Source: a virus (lineage: Duplodnaviria > Caudoviricetes). Taken from it: a stretch of DNA of 64,000 bases. Positions within the stretch are counted from its first letter, which is position 1. Every line of letters starts with the position of its first letter. A program made the translations under genes and the position numbers. Below the pieces are notes generated by a model, which was not told where the DNA came from, searched no databases, and worked only from the letters and a program-made list of their open reading frames with translations. The stretch spans positions 23,898-87,897 of the IMG/VR virus record IMGVR_UViG_3300031519_008340; one strand, given 5' to 3'. Shown in pieces: positions 56,769-64,000 of this stretch.

Positions 56769-57845
56769 TTATATACCCGCTAATTTACGGATACTGTTAA
56801 TATCAGCATCTCCTCTAGTCTGTCTGACATCCGCTTTGTCGCCTGAAGACTCGGAAATAATTTTCTTTGCCTGTGCAACTGGTTTGTCATCCATAACTGC
56901 TGGAAGATACTTGTCGTATGCAGATTTAAGTTTCCCTGTTTGAACTGATTCTAACAGTTGAGACATTACTTCTGCTTTTTCCTTACTTAGAGGTCTAAGT
57001 AAAGAACCCATCGTTTCCTTACGTTCCATCAAATCGTTTGCAATAGAAATTTCTTTCTGCTTGGATTCAATCACCGCGTTCTTTTCTTCGATGGCTTTCT
57101 CTGCGTCTTTAAGTTTCAAAGTGCTTTCGTCAACAACTTTCATGAGTTTAGACGTTTCCGACTTCTCATTCAAGTATGATGCTTGGTACTCTGAAGCAAA
57201 CGCTTCGAATATTTTCTTACCAAAGTTAATTTCTCTAGCATTTCCAATATCTTCTTTTAATTGATCAATTTCTTGACCTAATTTTTTGGAAACTGCAGAT
57301 TCTACAACTTTAGCAGATCTCTTAATGAAAGTTTCTTTTAGTTTTGCCAATTGTACTTTGGCTTCTTTCACTAGTTTGACTTTTGTTTCTACAACACCTT
57401 TTTTGTCTTCAGCAAATTCTTTAATTTCTGTAGCAAGAGCTTTTACTACAAACTCTTCTAATTTTTTAAAGTTTTCGTGAACACCTTGTCTGTCAGTGTG
57501 TAATTCCTTAAGCTCATTAGTTAATTTGCTTAATACAAACTCTTCTAATTTGCCTGAGTGTTTGCCTACGCTTTCTTTGTAAGCAATTTTTTCTTGTGCA
57601 AGTGACTTTCTGTCCTCAACAAATTTGCTAATTTCTTCAGATAATTTTTCTGACATCATCTTATCAATGGCTTCCACCATGTTTCCTTTGTCATGCTCAT
57701 ATCTTTTAGCAAACTCTTCTCTAAGTTCAGCAGTTACTTGATCTCTGTTCTCTTTAACTTGCGAGTTCCATGCTTCTTCGATTGAAACTTTTGTTTCTTC
57801 TCCAATAACACCTGACTCAACTAGTTTTGATATTGCGTCGATCAT
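56769..57845 (-). CDS. gp22: Prohead core scaffolding protein
   Basis: Coiled-coil, charged protein between gp21 and gp23; ends IRKLAGI. Confidence 0.8.
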   Translation of the reverse strand: MIDAISKLVESGVIGEETKVSIEEAWNSQVKENRDQVTAELREEFAKRYEHDKGNMVEAIDKMMSEKLSEEISKFVEDRKSLAQEKIAYKESVGKHSGKLEEFVLSKLTNELKELHTDRQGVHENFKKLEEFVVKALATEIKEFAEDKKGVVETKVKLVKEAKVQLAKLKETFIKRSAKVVESAVSKKLGQEIDQLKEDIGNAREINFGKKIFEAFASEYQASYLNEKSETSKLMKVVDESTLKLKDAEKAIEEKNAVIESKQKEISIANDLMERKETMGSLLRPLSKEKAEVMSQLLESVQTGKLKSAYDKYLPAVMDDKPVAQAKKIISESSGDKADVRQTRGDADINSIRKLAGI

Positions 57846-58477
57846 TATTTTAGTCCTTTTATTACGTTGGTTATTGCATCCTTAAGATACCTTTGAGCTT
57901 TTTTGTCATTTCTAACTTCAGCCGCCATGCCCAATATCTTGTTTCCGCCTCTTGAATTCATCAAGTGTTCGTAAATTGGTGTTGGGTAAGCTCCTGGTGC
58001 CGAAGGTTGGGCCACAACATCTACAGTGATGATCTCAAAGTCTGATACTTGTCCGCCGCCGTATTCGGAAATGTTTCCACTTCCTCTAGAGCTAACTCCA
58101 AGTTTCACACCTGATTCCAACATTGTTCTGACAAGTTGACCCATTGGTGTCGGCAAAATTTTCATTTTGCCATATCCATTTGGACCGTCCATCCACATTT
58201 CAGTGATCATGTGGGACACTCGGTCCAAATTAATTTTTAAATCATCGGGATGATCTACTTCTCCAAGAACTGAATAACCAGAACCGATCTGATCATTGAG
58301 TGTTTTTACTGCTGTTTGTATTTCGTTAACAGGGTAAACTCTTTGATTAGCGTTCTTGATTCCACCTTGAATACAGATACCTTTCATGTACAAATCCTTG
58401 CCGTCTTTGCCTTCGTGCAAAACCTGTACTCTAGCCTGATCATAGGTTAAATGTTCTCTTAGATATATTGATGACAT
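57845..58477 (-). CDS. gp21: Prohead protease
   Basis: NANQRVYP, LGEVDHP, LGVSSRGSG, DVVAQPSAPGAYP. Confidence 0.93.
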   Translation of the reverse strand: MSSIYLREHLTYDQARVQVLHEGKDGKDLYMKGICIQGGIKNANQRVYPVNEIQTAVKTLNDQIGSGYSVLGEVDHPDDLKINLDRVSHMITEMWMDGPNGYGKMKILPTPMGQLVRTMLESGVKLGVSSRGSGNISEYGGGQVSDFEIITVDVVAQPSAPGAYPTPIYEHLMNSRGGNKILGMAAEVRNDKKAQRYLKDAITNVIKGLK

Positions 58478-58514
58478 CCGATGCTCCTTAATGGTTGTCT
58501 ACAATCAATAGCAA

Positions 58515-59456
58515 TTACTTGCCAGAGATTGGAGATTTTCCTGATTTATCTGATCCGTCAGCAGTATTAGGTTTCATCTCTTTTTTGAAAGATGTTCCTT
58601 TGTCTTTACCGCCACTGTTTTCAAACTCACCCATTTTTTCTGCATTTGGTGCGGCTCTGCCTTTTTCGTCAGCTCCACCTTTAGCTATATTAGAACCTCT
58701 TGTGGTTTTCATATCAGCTCCACCTTTTTGCGTGATTGGAGAAGCTCCTGCATCGCTGTGGTCAGCGTTATCAGCATTTTTTTGGATTTTGTATTCTTTT
58801 ACTTCTTCCTTTTTCATGCCTTTATCTTTATGCATTGCTTCCATGGATAAATCAGCGTTAACATCAGCTATTGGTTGTTCCATAGACTCCTCTTTGTCCA
58901 TTTCTTCACCGTCTTCGTCGCCTTTGCCACCCATCATTTTCTCGAATTCTGCTTTTAGTTCATCTAAAGCATCTTCTAAATCAGCCACTCTTTCTTCAGT
59001 TTCGCCTTCTTCACCATCTGCGTCCATGTCTTTTTCCATGTCATCAGCGGCATGTTCTGCTTCACCTGTTTCGTCTGCGGCGATATCTTTGACTAATTCG
59101 TCAGTTGCATCTCCACCTACTTCTTCGATTGACTCTTCTTCTTTAGTTTCTGCTTCGTCAGTTTTCTCGTCTTCGATTGCTACTTCTACGTCTTCGCCTT
59201 CGTTAGCTTCATCTGACTTAGATTCTTCAGTTTCTTTAACTGCTTCATCTTTAGACTCTTCTTTTACTGCTTCGTCTTTTGACGCTTCAGTTTCTTCTAC
59301 TTTAGCTTCTTCTTTAGCTTCAGTTTTTGTTTCGTCTGCTAATCCTTCGTAGATGTCTCTAGACTTCTCTACTACGATTTCATGAAATAACGCTTCCGCT
59401 TTTTCATTTTCTTCGTTTATTAGCAATTCTAATAATTGTTCAAATTTATTTGACAT
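58515..59456 (-). CDS. Acidic prohead core/scaffold-like protein
   Basis: 313 aa, extremely Glu/Asp-rich; ERVADLEDALDELKAEFEKMM; AAGGAG SD; upstream of gp21. Confidence 0.65.
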   Translation of the reverse strand: MSNKFEQLLELLINEENEKAEALFHEIVVEKSRDIYEGLADETKTEAKEEAKVEETEASKDEAVKEESKDEAVKETEESKSDEANEGEDVEVAIEDEKTDEAETKEEESIEEVGGDATDELVKDIAADETGEAEHAADDMEKDMDADGEEGETEERVADLEDALDELKAEFEKMMGGKGDEDGEEMDKEESMEQPIADVNADLSMEAMHKDKGMKKEEVKEYKIQKNADNADHSDAGASPITQKGGADMKTTRGSNIAKGGADEKGRAAPNAEKMGEFENSGGKDKGTSFKKEMKPNTADGSDKSGKSPISGK

Positions 59457-59561
59457 TGCACGTGCTCCTTTTATTGTTTTGCAAGGTTTGTTGCTTATAA
59501 GTGAAGTATTTACGCCAAAAGACTAATTTTGGGCAATTATTGGGCTAAAACTGTAACTTTT

Positions 59562-60188
59562 TTACTTTTGTTGAGTTAAATTATATATCTTCAGGAATTT
59601 TTCAATATCTATGTGTTTAAAGTTTTTATTAAATTCTAGATCATGAGGTTTGAATGAATTATTTCCTGCTACTCTACGAAACTGAATGTGATCATAATCT
59701 CTCAAAACACGTTTGGTTTGATTCATCCAGTTGCCATAAAATGTGGCTTCATCGACTGATCTTTTGTAATTTCTAGAATCGCCAAACAGGTTGTTTAATT
59801 TAAATCTGTTTTTTCCTTCTTCTCGTTCAATTCCTATAAAATCAAAACCTAAAATATAAATTGTTTTGTAGTCTTTGTCAGCGGCCATTTTAAGGGCTGT
59901 AGGGCCACTGCTCCAACCCAGACTTGGTTTGAACCAATTTACATGGTCAAGAATATTTGGCTTTTTATTGTATTGATGATTGAAATTGGACCAAACCTGA
60001 TGTTTTGCAGGATAATCTGTTTCTCCTATCTCATAAATCATTTTTGGATCAACTGCTACAAGGTAATCTGGAGTTTCTGTTCTGAAGACTGCATTACATG
60101 CAAACACCGTGCCGTGTTCTTGCAAGTCGGCGATTTTTATCCCCTTACGAGAAGTCCCATTCCCGAGTACAAATGCTGTGTCTTTCAT
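59562..60188 (-). CDS. Maf/DUF115/GT42-like putative glycosyltransferase inside the head operon
   Basis: FVLGNGTSR, FACNAVFR...PDYLVAVD, WSSG, IYILGFDF; paralog of 7729..8460. Confidence 0.62.
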   Translation of the reverse strand: MKDTAFVLGNGTSRKGIKIADLQEHGTVFACNAVFRTETPDYLVAVDPKMIYEIGETDYPAKHQVWSNFNHQYNKKPNILDHVNWFKPSLGWSSGPTALKMAADKDYKTIYILGFDFIGIEREEGKNRFKLNNLFGDSRNYKRSVDEATFYGNWMNQTKRVLRDYDHIQFRRVAGNNSFKPHDLEFNKNFKHIDIEKFLKIYNLTQQK

Positions 60189-60430
60189 TACAATGTTAAA
60201 TTATCGTCTGTGGTAGGTTGTCCATACATCTTTTGGACAAAAAGTGCTTCTTCTTGTTGCTCTGCTTCGTGTTGTTCTGAAGCAAGCCTCATTTTATTGA
60301 TGTTTTTTAAAGTAAGTCTTGTTTTTCGTGTGTCTGCTTTATCAAGTACAGAAATGTCATCTTCAGCATTATAGTTTTTTTGCTGTTCAAGACCCTGTTC
60401 ACCTGCTGTAAAAAATTCTTTAAGTATCAT
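60188..60430 (-). CDS. Small prohead-associated protein (80 aa)
   Basis: Likely start ATG 60430 (MILKEFF...RKTRLTLKNINKMR), 5 nt after TAAATA; the track extends it to 60559 inside the portal gene. Confidence 0.65.
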   Translation of the reverse strand: MILKEFFTAGEQGLEQQKNYNAEDDISVLDKADTRKTRLTLKNINKMRLASEQHEAEQQEEALFVQKMYGQPTTDDNLTL

Positions 60431-60443
60431 CGTTGTATTTATT

Positions 60444-62168
60444 TTATGTTCGGCCTCCGCCGCCGCCTGTTGTTGTGCCTGGAATTGGTGGTTGTCCTGG
60501 AGTTGCTCCTGGAGTCTGTGCTGGTGGTTCAGCAATATCTGGTGCTTGTGGATCTTCAAAGTTATCTAGATCAGAACTAATACCCGATTGTGTTACCCCG
60601 CCCTGTCTCAGTTCAGCTGACTTGGTGGCTTGTTTTTGTTTGATTGCATTTTCTTCTGCCCATGCACCTGCATTCTCACTCATTTCTTCTTCAGTTAGAC
60701 CAAGGTATCTCTTTAACGCAAATCTTTTTGACATATATGGCAGTTCTGCTACCTGTACAAATGTACCAACTCGTTGTTGATCCATTTCTGTCTGTCTGTA
60801 TTGTGCAAAGTTTTGTGGTGGATTCAGTTTCAATTCAAATAAAGAATTGTCAATGCTGTAACCTTTGTTGTGTATCCATAATTTAAATTCTTCATCAAAC
60901 ACTGGACTTATGTTTCTTTGTAGTCTTTCACAGTATTTGTTAAATCTTAATTCTTGAATGTATGCTGTACCAACTCTGCCATCATTGTATTGTTGTGCTC
61001 CGTCGTCTGCTCCTGTAGGCAAGTAAGAACTTGGAATTCTCAAACCTCTAAACAGTTTGTTAGTAAAGAATCTTAAGTCATCAATTTCACCTAGGTTAGT
61101 ACCACCCGGAAGTGTGTCTACTTTAGATCCTCTTCCTTCTGCTGTCTGTGGGAAGAAGTAATCTTCATTTATACTCATGGGATTGTAAGTGGCATCAACA
61201 TAGTTCATACCGCCCGATGTACTTGGAATTCTTCTTTGGTTGATTTCGTTCTTAACTCTTTCAACAAATTGCATTGCCAAGTGTGTAGGCATATTACCTA
61301 CGTCAATGTAAAACACTCTTCTTTCAGGTGCTCTTTGAACTCTGTAAATGATTATTGCGTCTTCTAGCAATTCTTTTTGTTTGTAAACTTTGAAAACTTG
61401 TTCTAGTACTGATTGGCCAAAAGGAAATAAATTATCTAGTCCATCACTCATTGACATATGGACTACGTGTTCAGCATTTATACTATATTGATTCATTGCT
61501 CTGTAGAATCTTCCACCTGCTCCTGCTGATCCCATGTTGGCATTGGTCATTGTAGTGCCTTGGCCTGCACCTGCATAGTTTTGATTGTAAGTTCCACCTG
61601 TTGTACCACCTCCACCATAAGTTTGATTTGGTGTTATTTGTGTTGCACTTAATCTTTGTAAGTTAGGATTGATATCTCTAACAACATATTGTTCTGGCAT
61701 TTTGCCTTCTGATTCGTTTACAATAATTCTGTCTACTTTGGCAGGGTCAATATAAAGTAATCTGTTTGTTTCAGGATCTCTTACAAAGAAACAGTCACCG
61801 TATTTTAATGTGTTTCTAAAAATTCTAAATACTCTTTTTTGAAATTTGTTAGACTTGGTCCATTGTTGTAGAGCCTTCTTTAATAATTTTGTTTCTGAAT
61901 CTGTAACATCGCCTTTGAACACAATGTCAAAAGGAGTTTCATTTTCTTTATTGCTTTGTGTGCAAAATTCTGCAAGAATATCTAGTGCCGCATTTACTTC
62001 TGAATCTGAATCCATTTGGTCGTATTGAAAGTATCTTTGAATTCTGTTTGGGTGTCCTGTGTAAACATCAGGAAGATATGATGAGTAGTTTCTTTTTGCA
62101 AACTGTGGACTACGATCTCCTGCTAATGGAGACATGTTCGCATCTTTAAAATATTTTTTCCAAGCCAT
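60444..62168 (-). CDS. gp20: Portal vertex protein
   Basis: LEDAIIIYRVQRAPERRVFYIDVGNMP, EDYFFP, GRGSKVDTLPGG, LFRGLRIPSS. Confidence 0.95.
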   Translation of the reverse strand: MAWKKYFKDANMSPLAGDRSPQFAKRNYSSYLPDVYTGHPNRIQRYFQYDQMDSDSEVNAALDILAEFCTQSNKENETPFDIVFKGDVTDSETKLLKKALQQWTKSNKFQKRVFRIFRNTLKYGDCFFVRDPETNRLLYIDPAKVDRIIVNESEGKMPEQYVVRDINPNLQRLSATQITPNQTYGGGGTTGGTYNQNYAGAGQGTTMTNANMGSAGAGGRFYRAMNQYSINAEHVVHMSMSDGLDNLFPFGQSVLEQVFKVYKQKELLEDAIIIYRVQRAPERRVFYIDVGNMPTHLAMQFVERVKNEINQRRIPSTSGGMNYVDATYNPMSINEDYFFPQTAEGRGSKVDTLPGGTNLGEIDDLRFFTNKLFRGLRIPSSYLPTGADDGAQQYNDGRVGTAYIQELRFNKYCERLQRNISPVFDEEFKLWIHNKGYSIDNSLFELKLNPPQNFAQYRQTEMDQQRVGTFVQVAELPYMSKRFALKRYLGLTEEEMSENAGAWAEENAIKQKQATKSAELRQGGVTQSGISSDLDNFEDPQAPDIAEPPAQTPGATPGQPPIPGTTTGGGGGRT

Positions 62169-62176
62169 TTGTTATA

Positions 62177-64000
62177 TTATACAAGATTACTGTTCAGATT
62201 TGCAAGTTTTCTTGTACTATTTTCCGTATTTTTTTCTGTTTTGGCACTAATGCCTACAAGTGTATTTAAATGTTTTTCCATTTTAGCAGAAACTTCTGTA
62301 AATGACCTTAAATTGGTATTTTGTTCAGTTGCTAGTGTTTCAAGTCTAGCAAAACTGCCACCACCTGCTGGTTCTGCTGTTACTCCGGTTGATGCACTTT
62401 TAATTACCATAGGTTCAACGTTGCCTGCTGTATTAGGTAAAAATAGTTCAGGTCCTCTTTCACCAACCAATGCTGGTTGACCTTGTGATAACGGACCACC
62501 AAACTGTTTCTTGTCTAATCCTGCTCCTATCAGTCCTCCACCAAAACCACCTATCGTGGCTCCAACACCAGCACCAATCAAAGTGCCAACTCCTGGGATA
62601 AAAGATCCTGCCAAAGCACCTGCCGCCGCACCTGCCAACATACCTGTACCTTGCTTGTTGTTGCCTGCGTCGTCGTCCATTAACATTCGAGCGCCTGTAA
62701 ATGCTGTCAACAGTCCAGCCAACGGTGCCAGTACTCTTCCAAAAACTGCAAGTCCTCTACCTATTCTTCCCAACGGACCTAACAATGCTTTGTTGGTTCC
62801 TATTTGAGTACCTAGTGCTACTATGCCTACTTCTTTTGCAAAGTTGGCTGTGTATTTTAATAATGAAGCACCTGCCACTGCCGCGGCCATGGTGCCTGGA
62901 GCATTATTAGTAAATCTTTCTAAGGCTCCGCCTATTACGCCTATGCCTTTTCCTGTTATTCCCAATGCTGATGCAATCCTAACACTGAACACTTCTAAAA
63001 AATTTGTTTGTAAACCTTCAATTTGACTTTTGAACACTCTGAAGCCTTCTTGAGTTATACCGATTTGTTTGGTCAATTCATCGCCAGCCGCAGTTTGCTG
63101 TTTTACAATAGCATCAAGGTCACCAAATCTGTTTCTAACACTGATTAATGCATTACCCACTTCGCCCACGTTGCCTGCCGCTCTTAGCACAGCGGGATCA
63201 AAATTGTTTAAGAATGTGTTACCGCCTTGTTCCAATGTTTTGGCAAACTGTGCTGTTGATATGTTTCCTTCTCTCAATGCAAGAATATTATCTAAAAGTC
63301 CATCAGTGGTTCCTACAAGTGTTTGTTCAAATTCTCCCAGAGGAAATCCTGTTGCTAAAATGTTTTTTACTGCACTGCCTAATGCAGGATTGATATTGTC
63401 AAGTCCTGCTGAAAATATTTGCAACTGGTCTGCTCTGGTCTTTTCTAGTCCTTGTAAAAATGTTGAAAACACTGCATCTGCTTTTTGTGCTCGTACAGCC
63501 TCGTTCAATTGTTCTCTTTGTATGCCAGTCAGTTTGGCTACTTGATCAATTTCTGCGGTGTAGTTTCTTAATGCTTCAGTTGTTGCCGCTTGACTTCTAA
63601 AATCTTCTCTTCCTTGTGTTCTTTGTTGGTCTAAAAATGTTGAAAAGAAATCTAAATATTGTTCTGTGGTTATTCCCAAACCAGCAAATTGTGGTATAAG
63701 TTCATCTCTAACCTGTGAAGCCAATCTACCAATCTGTACTGCTCCGGTTGTGGCATCACCAAATAAGCCTGCTAGTACTTCGTTGTTGCCTGCAATGAAA
63801 TCTGTAAATTCTAACAACGGCAATCTGCTGTCTCTGGCCGCAATTCTTAAGCCAACTAAACTTTGATTAAAGTCAGCGCCAATACTTGCCAATGCTCTGA
63901 AGTTGTTGATGTTAAAGTCTAGACTTTTGCCTAGGTCATTTATTGCAGGTCCAAGTATAGGAAACTGTTTTAGGCCACTGGTAAAAAATTCAATTTGTTC
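62177..64000 (-). CDS. Tape-measure-like tail protein (5' end beyond the window)
   Basis: Frame stays open to position 64000; helical Ala/Gly/Leu-rich sequence, GAAAG stretches, C-terminal GGPLSQGQPALVGERGPELF motif. Confidence 0.65.
   Translation of the reverse strand, partial: EQIEFFTSGLKQFPILGPAINDLGKSLDFNINNFRALASIGADFNQSLVGLRIAARDSRLPLLEFTDFIAGNNEVLAGLFGDATTGAVQIGRLASQVRDELIPQFAGLGITTEQYLDFFSTFLDQQRTQGREDFRSQAATTEALRNYTAEIDQVAKLTGIQREQLNEAVRAQKADAVFSTFLQGLEKTRADQLQIFSAGLDNINPALGSAVKNILATGFPLGEFEQTLVGTTDGLLDNILALREGNISTAQFAKTLEQGGNTFLNNFDPAVLRAAGNVGEVGNALISVRNRFGDLDAIVKQQTAAGDELTKQIGITQEGFRVFKSQIEGLQTNFLEVFSVRIASALGITGKGIGVIGGALERFTNNAPGTMAAAVAGASLLKYTANFAKEVGIVALGTQIGTNKALLGPLGRIGRGLAVFGRVLAPLAGLLTAFTGARMLMDDDAGNNKQGTGMLAGAAAGALAGSFIPGVGTLIGAGVGATIGGFGGGLIGAGLDKKQFGGPLSQGQPALVGERGPELFLPNTAGNVEPMVIKSASTGVTAEPAGGGSFARLETLATEQNTNLRSFTEVSAKMEKHLNTLVGISAKTEKNTENSTRKLANLNSNLV

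Noticed and set aside
62166-62205. Possible sigma70 promoter (TTGCAA-18-TATAAT) ahead of the portal gene
   Set aside because: Suboptimal spacing in very AT-rich sequence, and early transcription of the portal is biologically unlikely; not supported enough to list.
184-63866. Numerous 60-290 aa ORFs in the track that lie antisense to, or out of frame within, larger genes (e.g. 24551..25108, 49491..50348, 58495..59352)
   Set aside because: They are shadows of well-supported genes, show the Ser/Leu/Phe-rich composition of reverse-strand reads, and lack promoters or RBS.
1-64000. tRNA, rRNA, tmRNA or CRISPR arrays
   Set aside because: Intergenic gaps are short and hold only promoters or hairpins; no cloverleaf/TΨC motifs or spaced identical repeats were seen by eye. 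tRNAscan-SE would confirm this.
1-64000. Stop-codon reassignment as seen in some large phages
   Set aside because: Core genes are intact and tightly packed under the standard code, ending in TAA, TAG and TGA.

Overview
This window is a gene-dense, AT-rich 64-kb segment of a large T4-related myovirus genome in the standard genetic code. The host is probably a marine alphaproteobacterium, inferred only from the host-like SufB and FdxA. It contains: (i) a replication/recombination block (primase N-terminus, a 199-aa minimal DnaE-like polymerase core, a gp59-like protein, gp62, UvsW, UvsY, UvsX, gp32); (ii) a ~15.5-kb glycan synthesis/modification island at 7.7-23.3 kb (four KpsS/KpsC-like transferase paralogs, Maf/GT42-like, GT8-like and GT61 transferases, an amidotransferase, FkbM methyltransferases, SGNH proteins, 2OG-Fe(II) oxygenases, an APS-kinase/nucleotidyltransferase pair) that also carries SufB and a ferredoxin; (iii) packaging, tail, neck, fibre and head modules (gp17, gp16-like, gp4, gp19, an enlarged gp18, gp13-15, fibres, gp23, gp22, gp21, gp20, tape measure), with further glycan-modifying genes embedded among the capsid genes. 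The strongest leads are: a probable late-expressed virion glycosylation/sulfation system; a miniature C-family polymerase that keeps all three catalytic Asp; a near genome-wide leaderless-mRNA architecture (TAAATA-N4-9-ATG); a shared KLAG helix linking the scaffold C-terminus to putative internal head proteins; and a four-hairpin leader that hides a Shine-Dalgarno. All family assignments come from motif recognition by eye. No database search was run. No tRNA, rRNA, CRISPR array, intron or intein was found.
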